Source: Acidimicrobiaceae bacterium
Lineage (GTDB): Bacteria; Actinomycetota; Acidimicrobiia; Acidimicrobiales; Microtrichaceae
DNA: 41,800 nt
Direction: 5' to 3'
Assembly: GCA_043734285.1 (NCBI GenBank)
Contig: JAYTFP010000017.1
Location: 1 to 41,800 of the forward strand
The notes below the pieces were generated by a model. That model saw only the letters and a program-made list of their open reading frames with translations, was not told the origin of the DNA and made no database searches. Numbering within the stretch: the first letter of the stretch is position 1; the number at the start of each line of letters is the position of its first letter. Positions 8,973-18,932 of this stretch are shown one piece after another. Position numbers and translations under genes: made by a program.

Positions 8973-8986
8973 GTTCCACGTGGAAC
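8973..8986. promoter_or_regulatory. parS-like 14-bp perfect palindrome GTTCCACGTGGAAC
   Basis: It matches 12 of 14 positions of the core GTTTCACGTGAAAC of the bacterial parS consensus, with symmetric T-to-C and A-to-G changes. It lies between rsmG and the likely parA start. Confidence 0.4.
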
Positions 8987-9022
8987 ATTCAACGGGCCGA
9001 TGCCGCGATCGGGCCGGCCGGT

Positions 9023-9664
9023 TCAGAAGAGTGGTCGGCGCTCGGGGAGACCCTCGGCCCGCGGATATTCATCGGGGCTGGGTGCCACCTTGCTCAAGAC
9101 TCGGATCGTCGCATCATCGGTTGCGCGGCATCCGTCGTCGCGAAGGCCGAGCCGATCGAGGCCTGCCACTGACCATCGGTTCGAGTCGATCATTTCGGAT
9201 TCGACTGCATCCCCACGAGGTGGGTCGCTGACGAGCACGACGCCACCGCTGCGGACAAATCCCGACGCACACTCGGCGGTCGCCGCCGGGGCCGCGAACG
9301 ACCGGGCGGCGACCACGTCGAACGACTCCCTCAGATCCGGGTCGTGACCCAGCATCTCTGCCCGCCCGTGCGCGACGGTGACCCGCTCGCCGAGGTCGAG
9401 TTGGCGTATCGCCCAGCGGAGGAACGCGATCCGCCGGGCACCGGCATCGAGTAGGACCACCGTGAGGTCGGCTCGGTCGACCGCGACGATCAGGCCCGGG
9501 ACACCCCCGCCCGAGCCCAGATCGAGCACGCGAGAGCCGGGCGGGATCAGTGCCGAAAACGCCTCGGCGTGGCGAACGTGCGGATCGATCGCGCCGGGGC
9601 CGAGCAGGCCGAGATCATGGCTGCGCTGGAGCGCCGCCTCGATCGGGATGGCCGGCGGGGTCAT
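9023..9664 (-). CDS. rsmG: 16S rRNA (guanine527-N7)-methyltransferase RsmG
   Basis: SAM motif VLDLGSGGGVPGLIVAV is present. The position between jag and parA is canonical. Its start abuts the jag stop (TAGATG). Confidence 0.9.
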   Translation of the reverse strand: MTPPAIPIEAALQRSHDLGLLGPGAIDPHVRHAEAFSALIPPGSRVLDLGSGGGVPGLIVAVDRADLTVVLLDAGARRIAFLRWAIRQLDLGERVTVAHGRAEMLGHDPDLRESFDVVAARSFAAPAATAECASGFVRSGGVVLVSDPPRGDAVESEMIDSNRWSVAGLDRLGLRDDGCRATDDATIRVLSKVAPSPDEYPRAEGLPERRPLF

Positions 9665-10525
9665 CTACTGGAGGACGACCGCCACCCGACGGTTCGGCTC
9701 TTCGCCCTCGCTCTGCGTGGCGATGCCGTCGAACGCGCCGGCCGTGTCGTGCACGAGCTTGCGCTCCGACGAGCTCAGCACATCGAGGACGTGCGGACGG
9801 CCCGACTCGCGAACCCGCTCGACGACGTCGGCCACGAGCTCGGCAAGGTGGTCGCGTCGCATCTCGCGATAGCCACCCACATCGAGGCGGAGACGGGGAG
9901 AGCTGCCACCGTTCGCCAGGTGCTGGACGCGGGTCCGACACATCTCTTCGAGCGCGCTCAACATGCCGCCCTTCGGCCCGATGAGTGCGCCGAGCTGTGA
10001 TCCCTCGACGCTCGCCTGCAACTGACCCTCGTCGTCGAGGACCACGGTCGTGGTCGCCGTCAGGCCGAATTCGCGGACCAGGCCGTCGAGGAACTCGGTC
10101 ACGTCGGCGGCCATCGCCTCGGCCTCCTCCCGGGTCGCAGGGACACGATCGTCAGCCACCTCGTTGCGGGGCTCGCGGGGCTCGCGCTGTTCACGAGGCG
10201 GGCGCGGCGCCGACTCGGCACGTGGCGCAGCCGTGGACGGCCCGGTCGTCGACCGTTCGGTGGCCGGAGCATCGGTACGCGCCGCGGGCTTGCGCTCGCG
10301 GTCCTTCGACTTCGCGGGCCGACGCCGCTTCTCGTCCTTGCTCCGCTGCGCCTTCGGCGCGATACGAGCACGGACCCGGTACTGACCTCGGACCCGGCCG
10401 AACAAGCCGGCCTTCGGCTCCTCGAGCACCTCGAACTCTGCTTCCTGCTCGTCGACACCCAGTCGATCCAGCAGCATGTCCTTCGCCAGCTCTACCGTCG
10501 ATGCGGTCGTTTCAACCCATTCCAT
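9665..10525 (-). CDS. jag: Jag/KhpB-type RNA-binding protein (Jag_N, KH, R3H)
   Basis: N-terminus MEWVETTASTVELAKDMLLDRLGV is Jag_N-like. It has a basic disordered linker and a C-terminal KH/R3H-like region ending in ...ATQSEGEEPNRRVAVV. Confidence 0.85.
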   Translation of the reverse strand: MEWVETTASTVELAKDMLLDRLGVDEQEAEFEVLEEPKAGLFGRVRGQYRVRARIAPKAQRSKDEKRRRPAKSKDRERKPAARTDAPATERSTTGPSTAAPRAESAPRPPREQREPREPRNEVADDRVPATREEAEAMAADVTEFLDGLVREFGLTATTTVVLDDEGQLQASVEGSQLGALIGPKGGMLSALEEMCRTRVQHLANGGSSPRLRLDVGGYREMRRDHLAELVADVVERVRESGRPHVLDVLSSSERKLVHDTAGAFDGIATQSEGEEPNRRVAVVLQ

Positions 10526-10534
10526 TTGCCATCC

Positions 10535-11605
10535 TCATTTCTTTCGCGTGGGGCCGTCGGTACCTGATCCTCGGTCAGATCCAGAGCGTGGTGCCCCGGA
10601 TCGACGGTGGGTACCAGTGGCCTTCGAACTCTCCGTAGCCTTGCGCTGCGCGGCGGCACTCTTGGCCGATCGCGGCTCGGTCACGTTCTTGGCCGGCGCG
10701 GTCGGCGCGGCTTTCGTCATCGTGGCGCCCTTGCCTGATCCGTTGCCGGCGCCGGCATCGGACTCGGTGGCCGACGCGCCCACGGTCTGGTCGGCTGCGG
10801 ACGTCGAGTCGTACACACTCTTGGTGATGTAGTGCTGCAGGCCGATGCGGCAGATGCCCTGCACGAAGTAGTAGACGCCGAGGCCGGCCGGGAAGCCGAA
10901 CGAGAACACCGGCAGCATGAATGGCAAGTACTTCATCATCGCGGGTTGTGCCGCAGCGCTGGTGTTGCGGCCCTGGATCTGGCGGTTCTGGATGTACTGA
11001 CTGCCGAACATCAAGACCATGAGCAGCACGAACGGCACCGCCACCCAGAACCCGAGCCGGAGTGACTGGACCGGGGTGATCGACAGATCCATCCCCAGGA
11101 AGTTCATCTTGGTGTTGGTCGTCAGCGACTTGTACAGCTCGGTCCCGTGGTTGAGGTGCTGCGGCTTGAACGGCTGATCGGTCAGCTTCCAAGCGGTCTG
11201 GCCAATGTTTGCCTGGCGCTGGCCGATCACGTGACCGAGACCCGAGCCGACGCCGCCGTTGCGCTCGATCAGACCTCGCAGCACGCGGTACAGGACGAGG
11301 AAGACCGGCGCCTGGATCAGCACGGGCAAGCAGCCACTCATCGGGTTGATGTCGTTCGCCTTGTAGAACGCCATCATCTCTTTGTTGAGCGTCTCGCGGT
11401 CGTCCTTGTACTTGGCCTGGAGCCGTTTGAGCTCGGGGTTGAGACGCTGGAGCTGCACCATCGACTTGGTGCTCTTCAACGTCAACGGTGCGGTGACGAT
11501 CATCACGGCGATGGTCAACAGCACGATCGCGCCGCCATAGCTGTGGGTCAGTCCGTAGAACCACGCGAGCAAGCTGGCGACGGCGGCGAAGAATCCCTCG
11601 AACAT
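10535..11605 (-). CDS. yidC: Membrane protein insertase YidC with a long basic C-terminal tail
   Basis: YidC core motifs are seen: LQRLNPELKRLQAKYKDDRETLNKEMMAFYKANDINPMSGCLPVLIQAPVF. GGAGA precedes ATG 11605. Confidence 0.95.
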   Translation of the reverse strand: MFEGFFAAVASLLAWFYGLTHSYGGAIVLLTIAVMIVTAPLTLKSTKSMVQLQRLNPELKRLQAKYKDDRETLNKEMMAFYKANDINPMSGCLPVLIQAPVFLVLYRVLRGLIERNGGVGSGLGHVIGQRQANIGQTAWKLTDQPFKPQHLNHGTELYKSLTTNTKMNFLGMDLSITPVQSLRLGFWVAVPFVLLMVLMFGSQYIQNRQIQGRNTSAAAQPAMMKYLPFMLPVFSFGFPAGLGVYYFVQGICRIGLQHYITKSVYDSTSAADQTVGASATESDAGAGNGSGKGATMTKAAPTAPAKNVTEPRSAKSAAAQRKATESSKATGTHRRSGAPRSGSDRGSGTDGPTRKK

Positions 11606-11617
11606 GTGCCTGATCTC

Positions 11618-11839
11618 CTATTCGGGAACCGGGTCGAATCCGTGGCCGCCCCAGGGGTGGCAACGAGTGATGCGGCGAACGGCCATGATCGACCCGCGCC
11701 ACGGGCCGTGGCGCTCGATGGCTTCGGCCGCATACGCCGAACACGTCGGCTGGTAGCGGCACGGTGACGGGCGCCCGGCGCGAGCGACCTGATACACCCT
11801 GACAAGTCGCAAAAGCACCCGGGAGATGGCGACCTTCAT
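11618..11839 (-). CDS. yidD: Membrane protein insertion efficiency factor YidD
   Basis: ATG 11839 lies inside listed ORF 11618-11932. Motifs [19 protein letters not shown] and [14 protein letters not shown] are present. The start overlaps the rnpA stop (ATGA). Confidence 0.9.
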   Translation of the reverse strand: MKVAISRVLLRLVRVYQVARAGRPSPCRYQPTCSAYAAEAIERHGPWRGSIMAVRRITRCHPWGGHGFDPVPE

Positions 11840-12162
11840 GGCGTGCGAGCTTTCACGAACACATCGCGGACGGCATGGTCGAGCTGGTCGAAACTCGTCG
11901 GCAGTGCCGGGTCGATCGAGACGAGGTACCACCCGGGATCGACGTCGCCCCGGCGCTGGGCTTCGAGCACCAGGCTGCGGAGCTGCCGGCGGAGGCGGTT
12001 GCGCACGACGGCACCACCGTGCGAGCGGCCGATTGCGAACGCCACGTGCACGCCGTCACCGTCGTCGGACAGCAGTCGGATCCGGACGGCTCCAGAGCGA
12101 ACCGTGCGGCCATGTTGTCGCAGTCGATCGAAATCTCGCGCATGCCTGACGCTGTAGATCAA
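11836..12162 (-). CDS. rnpA: Ribonuclease P protein component
   Basis: The product is basic and sits between rpmH and yidD. Motif [22 protein letters not shown] is present. The TTG start at 12162 overlaps the rpmH stop (TTGA). Confidence 0.88.
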   Translation of the reverse strand: MIYSVRHARDFDRLRQHGRTVRSGAVRIRLLSDDGDGVHVAFAIGRSHGGAVVRNRLRRQLRSLVLEAQRRGDVDPGWYLVSIDPALPTSFDQLDHAVRDVFVKARTP

Positions 12163-12293
12163 GCGCTGAGCTTGTTGCGACCCTTGAGTCGGCGATTCCG
12201 CAGGATGGCGCGCCCGGCTTTGTCGGACATGCGGTGGCGGAAGCCGTGGCGACGGGCACGACGGCGATTGTTCGGCTGGAAAGTACGCTTCAT
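12159..12293 (-). CDS. rpmH: 50S ribosomal protein L34
   Basis: It is absent from the ORF track because it is under 60 aa. Hand translation of the minus strand gives [44 protein letters not shown] followed by a stop. GAGGAGG lies 9 nt upstream of ATG 12293. Confidence 0.95.
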   Translation of the reverse strand: MKRTFQPNNRRRARRHGFRHRMSDKAGRAILRNRRLKGRNKLSA

Positions 12294-12588
12294 GTTTCTC
12301 GGCCTCCTCGGGGGCGCTTCCGCCGGCTGTGCGGCGCCGCCAAGCGTCCCTCGATCGGGACGGAACGGAAGCTCAGAACCTGTACGGACACAGGCACCGA
12401 CAAGAATAGGGCGTCGCGGTTCTTCGAGGCAATTTGGGGCCGATCTTCACGCTCCACTGACATCCTCTTGGCAAGCCGCTGACGTGCTGCTAGGTTGACC
12501 CCGCCTCGACGCGGCAGTGCCTGACACACCGCGAGAGCGAGTTTTCTATCGACACCTGCCAACGTCCGACTGGGGCGAACACATGGTG

Positions 12589-12620
12589 TTTTCCACAGCT
12601 GTGGATTCGACTGTGGAGAG
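12589..12620. promoter_or_regulatory. Three DnaA-box-like 9-mers immediately upstream of dnaA
   Basis: The boxes are TTTTCCACA (12589-12597), TGTGGATTC (12600-12608, reverse) and TGTGGAGAG (12612-12620, reverse). The first two form the perfect palindrome TCCACAGCTGTGGA (12592-12605). Confidence 0.6.
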
Positions 12621-12637
12621 CGAGTTGGAGGGGCCGT

Positions 12638-14038
12638 GTGACGGTGGTCAACGATGCGGAAATCCTGTGGAAGGCCGCTTCACAACTTCTCGAGGAGCAG
12701 GTCTCCCAGGCCGTCTGGCTGGCCGCCTTCAGTGAGACCCGCGGGCTGTATCTCGACGAGAACTGCCTGACGATCTCGGTGCCAAACGAGTTCATCCGCG
12801 AGCGGATCGACCAGCGGTACCGTGAACTCGTCCTGGCAGCCATCGCCGACGCCGGCCACCCGGATCTCGGCCTCGAGATCCGGGTCGAGACGGCCATCAA
12901 TCCGGGCGACGCGGGCGACGACTTCGACGAAGCGCTCATCCGGCTGGTCGACGATGCCGTTCGCACGGGAGCGCCGGCCGCACCCACTACCCCCGCATCG
13001 CGTGACCGGGCGACCAACCTCAATACGAAGTACTCGTTCGATTCCTTCGTCACCGGGCCGTCGAACCGCTTCGCCCAGGCAGCAGCGCTGTCGGTCGCCG
13101 AGACTCCGGCGCGCTCGTACAACCCCTTGTTCGTCTACGGCGGCGCCGGCCTCGGCAAGACCCACCTCCTGCAGGCCATCGCGCACTACGTCAACGAGCA
13201 TTACCCGACCTACCGGGTCCGGTACATCTCGACCGAGACCCTGCTCAACGAGTTCATCGACGCGATCCGCAACGGAGCGCAACCCGAGTTCAAGCGCCGC
13301 TACCGCGAGGTCGACGTGCTGCTGGTCGACGATGTGCAGTTCATGGAAGGCAAGGAGCAACTCCAGGAGGAGTTCTTCCACACCTTCAACACCTTGCACG
13401 AGGCCAACCGCCAGATCGTGCTGGCCTCCGATCGCTCACCCGACGCGGTCAAGACCCTCGAAGACCGCCTACGGAGTCGCTTCAAGATGGGTCTGGTCAC
13501 CGACATCCAGCCGCCCGACTTCGAGACGCGGCTCGCCATCCTCCGTAAGAAGGCCGCTCAGGGCAACACGCCGATCCCGTCGAGCGTCCTCGAGTTCATC
13601 GTCGAGCACGTGACGAACAACATCCGCGAACTCGAGGGAGCGCTCAACCGCGTCACGGCGTACGCGGCGCTCAATCGCAGAGAACTGACGATCGAGGACG
13701 CACGCGAGGTCCTCAGCGACATCATCGCCACACACCAACCTCGCCGCATCACGCCCGACGTCATCCTCCAAGCGACTTCCGACATGTACGACTTCACGAT
13801 CGCCGAGCTACGGGCACAAGACCGGCGCCGGCCGCTCGTCCTCGCTCGCCAGGTTGGCATGTACGTCTTCCGCGAGCTCACCGACCTGAGCTACCCGCAG
13901 ATCGCCCGCGAGTTCGGCGGCCGCGACCACACCACCGTGATCTACGCCTACGACAAGATCAGCGCCCTCATGAAAGAGCGCCAGGCGATCTACGACGACG
14001 TCTCCTCGCTGATCCAACACATCAAGAGCGGCAAGTGA
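12638..14038 (+). CDS. dnaA: Chromosomal replication initiator protein DnaA
   Basis: Walker A GGAGLGKTHLLQAI, Walker B LLVDDVQF and the domain IV DnaA signature are present. GTG 12638 follows GGAGGGG. Confidence 0.97.
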   Translation: MTVVNDAEILWKAASQLLEEQVSQAVWLAAFSETRGLYLDENCLTISVPNEFIRERIDQRYRELVLAAIADAGHPDLGLEIRVETAINPGDAGDDFDEALIRLVDDAVRTGAPAAPTTPASRDRATNLNTKYSFDSFVTGPSNRFAQAAALSVAETPARSYNPLFVYGGAGLGKTHLLQAIAHYVNEHYPTYRVRYISTETLLNEFIDAIRNGAQPEFKRRYREVDVLLVDDVQFMEGKEQLQEEFFHTFNTLHEANRQIVLASDRSPDAVKTLEDRLRSRFKMGLVTDIQPPDFETRLAILRKKAAQGNTPIPSSVLEFIVEHVTNNIRELEGALNRVTAYAALNRRELTIEDAREVLSDIIATHQPRRITPDVILQATSDMYDFTIAELRAQDRRRPLVLARQVGMYVFRELTDLSYPQIAREFGGRDHTTVIYAYDKISALMKERQAIYDDVSSLIQHIKSGK

Positions 14039-14261
14039 CCCTGTGGATGAAGACCGCACCGTCCGCGCGAACCGGTGGAGAACCACTCTCCCGTCCCCAG
14101 ACATCGATGGAATTCCGTCGGTGTCATCGGATGAGTGTGGACAACCTGTTGAGACGCAGGTGCCGAGAAACAAGGCGACCCGCTAGGTTCTCCACAATCC
14201 ACAGGGCCTACTACTACCACTGCACTGTTCTCACCACCGACGGCAGAAAGAGGCATCGAAC
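14039..14261. other. Candidate oriC (dnaA-dnaN spacer with a DnaA-box cluster)
   Basis: Boxes seen: TGTGGATGA at 14042-14050; TGTGGACAA at 14136-14144 (reverse of the actinobacterial consensus TTGTCCACA); TTCTCCACA at 14188-14196; CAATCCACA at 14195-14203; and a weaker GGTGGAGAA at 14074-14082. No strongly AT-rich unwinding element is visible. Confidence 0.6.
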
Positions 14262-15353
14262 GTGAAATTCCGCTGTGAACGAGACCTACTCGTCGAAAGT
14301 TTGGCCACCGCTGGTCGAGCGGTCTCCACTCGCGGGGCGCTCCCGGTTCTCTCCTGTCTGCGACTCGTGCTGCACGGGGACCACCTGCAGATCACCGGGA
14401 GCGATCTCGATCTGACGATCTCGGTCGACATCGATGTGGCCGGCGAAGACGACGGTGAGTCGGTCATCGCAGCCAAGTTGTTGGTCGACATCATCCGCGC
14501 GTTGGAACCCGGCGCGGTCGTGGTCGAGACCGACGCGGACGAGGCCCGGATCGAATGCGGACGCTCGCAGTTCTCGCTGCTGGTGCGTCGCTCCGAAGAC
14601 TTCCCGCAACTCTCGCAGCCGACCGCCGATGCGGTGAAGCTCGACGTCGAGATGTTCGCGGAGGGTCTGGGCCAGGTCGTGACCGCAGCCTCGGCCGACG
14701 AATCACGACCAGTGTTGACCGGTGTACTGCTGGCTGCCGAGGGCAATGGGTTGCGCATGGTCTCGACCGACTCGTACCGGCTCGCGGTACGTGACCTGCC
14801 CGGCACGTCGTTGCTGGCAGAAGGCCAGACAGTACTCGTCCCCTCGCGGGCGCTCCACGAGTTGAAGCGGGTGCTCGGCCATGCCGACAACATGACGCTG
14901 GTACTGGGCGAGCGTGAGGCGTCGTTCGTGGTGGGCGGCACCCGTCTGACGACGCGCCTCATCGAGGGCGAGTTCCCGAACTACCGCCAGTTGATCCCGC
15001 AGTCGCAGCCCAACCGGCTCACCGTCGGGCGCGAGCAGCTGATCGACGCGGTCCGTCGGGTCAAGCTCATGGCGCGTGAGGCCACACCGATCCGGCTGAG
15101 CATGCGTGACGGCAGCCTCGAGCTGATCGCCGTCACCCAAGAGCTCGGCAAGGCGCACGAAGAGATCGATGCGCACTACACCGGCGAGGATCTGATGGTC
15201 GCGTTCAACCCGGAGTACCTGCTCGACGGCCTCGAGGTGGCGCCTGGCGCCGAGGTGACGCTCGAGACGGTCGACCCGCAGCGGCCGGCACTGCTCCGAT
15301 CGACCGACAGTGACGACTTCTTGTACCTCCTCATGCCGGTTCGTGTTTCCTAG
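14262..15353 (+). CDS. dnaN: DNA polymerase III beta sliding clamp
   Basis: N-terminus MKFRCERDLLVESL and C-terminus LLMPVRV are typical of DnaN. GTG 14262 follows GAAAGAGG. Confidence 0.96.
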   Translation: MKFRCERDLLVESLATAGRAVSTRGALPVLSCLRLVLHGDHLQITGSDLDLTISVDIDVAGEDDGESVIAAKLLVDIIRALEPGAVVVETDADEARIECGRSQFSLLVRRSEDFPQLSQPTADAVKLDVEMFAEGLGQVVTAASADESRPVLTGVLLAAEGNGLRMVSTDSYRLAVRDLPGTSLLAEGQTVLVPSRALHELKRVLGHADNMTLVLGEREASFVVGGTRLTTRLIEGEFPNYRQLIPQSQPNRLTVGREQLIDAVRRVKLMAREATPIRLSMRDGSLELIAVTQELGKAHEEIDAHYTGEDLMVAFNPEYLLDGLEVAPGAEVTLETVDPQRPALLRSTDSDDFLYLLMPVRVS

Positions 15354-15373
15354 ATTCATCTCGGTGAGTTTCG

Positions 15374-16453
15374 ATGCGACTCTGCCGGCTCTGGCTCGCT
15401 GACTTCCGGTCGTACCCCGAGGCCGAGATCACCTTCGGCGAGGGTCTCACCGCGATCGTTGGCGCCAACGGCAACGGCAAGACCAACGTCCTCGAGGCGA
15501 TCGCCTTCTTGGCCACGACCCGGTCGTTCCGGGGGTCGCCGAACGACGCGATGATCCGAGTCGGTGCGAAAAGCGCCGTCGTTCGCGCCGAGATCACCGA
15601 TGACGACCGTGATGTACTGATCGAGGCCGAGATCCCGCCCACGGGGCGAGCACGCGTGCAGGTGAACAAGCAGCGCCTGACTCGCACGCGCGATCTGCTG
15701 GGCGTGTTCGACGTGACGGTGTTCTCGCCCGACGATCTCGAGATCGTCAAAGGCGGTCCCGCCGGCCGCCGCGAGTACCTCGACCGACTGCTGGTCTCGG
15801 TCCATCCGAAGAACGAGCAGGCGGTGTCCGACTTCGAGCGGGTCCTGCGCCAACGCAACGCACTTCTGCGTCAGATGGCGGGCCGTCGCGGCAGTGACGA
15901 CGAGCTGACCCTCGAGGTGTGGGACACACGGCTGGTCGAGACGGGGGAGCGCCTTGCCCTCCTCCGGGCGAAGGTCGTCGAGCAGCTGTTCCCTCTGGTG
16001 ACCTCGTGTTACGAGGAGGTCGCCGAGCGGGGATCCGACATCACGATGGTCTACGAGGCGCCCTGGCGCGCCGCGGGACTGGGCGACGCGCTGAGCCGCA
16101 ACCGCGGCGATGACATCCGCCGCGGCGTGTCACTCGTCGGGCCGCACCGCGACGAGCTGGCCGTGTCGATCGAGAAGATGCCGTCGCGCACGCACTCGTC
16201 GCAGGGCGAGCAGCGATCGCTGACGCTCGCGATGCGTCTTGCCGCGCACCGACTGGTGATGCAGGCCCGGGGCCACGCACCGGTGCTGCTGCTCGACGAC
16301 GTGTTCTCCGAACTCGATCACGCTCGGAGCCGTGCCCTGCTCGCCAGCCTGCCGGCCGGCCAGGGGATCCTCACGTCCGCGACCGAACTCCCCGCCGGCG
16401 CGACCCCCGAGCTGCTCTACGAGCTCTCCGGCGGCCGACTGACGGTCGGGTAG
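15374..16453 (+). CDS. recF: DNA replication and repair protein RecF
   Basis: Walker A GANGNGKTNVLEAI, signature SQGEQRSL and Walker B LLLDDVFSELD are present. Confidence 0.95.
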   Translation: MRLCRLWLADFRSYPEAEITFGEGLTAIVGANGNGKTNVLEAIAFLATTRSFRGSPNDAMIRVGAKSAVVRAEITDDDRDVLIEAEIPPTGRARVQVNKQRLTRTRDLLGVFDVTVFSPDDLEIVKGGPAGRREYLDRLLVSVHPKNEQAVSDFERVLRQRNALLRQMAGRRGSDDELTLEVWDTRLVETGERLALLRAKVVEQLFPLVTSCYEEVAERGSDITMVYEAPWRAAGLGDALSRNRGDDIRRGVSLVGPHRDELAVSIEKMPSRTHSSQGEQRSLTLAMRLAAHRLVMQARGHAPVLLLDDVFSELDHARSRALLASLPAGQGILTSATELPAGATPELLYELSGGRLTVG

Positions 16454-16463
16454 CCTGCGACCG

Positions 16464-16778
16464 ATGGAGCCGAGCGCCAATGCCCGCGGACCGCGACCGA
16501 TCGCCGGCACCGTCCGCACGCTTCGACGCATGCTCGACCTGCCCGAGGTCGACCCGCTCATGGCCATCGAGGCGGGCTGGGAGTCGATCGTCGGAGCGCG
16601 GCTGGCACCGTCGTGCACACCCCAGTTCGTCCGCGATCGAGTGCTCGTCATCGCCGTCCACGACGCTGCGTTGGGCGAGCGGCTGCGGTGGATGTCGAGC
16701 GCCGTCGTGGAGCGTGTGAACGGCGTCTGTGGCGCCTCGACGATCGACGGGATCGTGGTCCGTCACCGGCCTGTCTGA
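16464..16778 (+). CDS. dciA: DUF721 / DciA-family protein (Rv0004 position)
   Basis: The 104-aa product sits between recF and gyrB. The pattern W..IVG..LA..C.P.......LVI.V...A....L is typical of DUF721. Confidence 0.78.
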   Translation: MEPSANARGPRPIAGTVRTLRRMLDLPEVDPLMAIEAGWESIVGARLAPSCTPQFVRDRVLVIAVHDAALGERLRWMSSAVVERVNGVCGASTIDGIVVRHRPV

Positions 16779-16853
16779 ACCCTCGTTCTGGGCTCAGGAT
16801 GTCGGTGGCGAGTGGTAGAGTACAGGCGTGCAACTTGACCCGTGACGTGGGCT

Positions 16854-16873
16854 TTGTCCACAGCTTGTCCATA
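16854..16873 (+). promoter_or_regulatory. Two direct DnaA boxes in the gyrB upstream region
   Basis: TTGTCCACA (16854-16862, perfect consensus) and TTGTCCATA (16865-16873) are spaced 11 bp start to start. An extended -10-like TGGTAGAGT lies at 16813-16821. Confidence 0.45.
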
Positions 16874-16924
16874 GCCTGTGTCGAGCTCGAAGCAGAGGAT
16901 GCTTCCACCGCCGTCAGTCCCTGA

Positions 16925-18880
<1,956 letters not shown>

Positions 18881-18932
18881 CATTCGCCGAGGCGGGACGC
18901 CTCGGATCCGCACACGTACTACAGGAGCCGAG

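Noticed and set aside
10575-11762. 395-aa alternative-frame ORF overlapping yidC and yidD
   Set aside because: It is out of frame with a clear YidC and has Arg/Pro/Asp-rich low-complexity translation.
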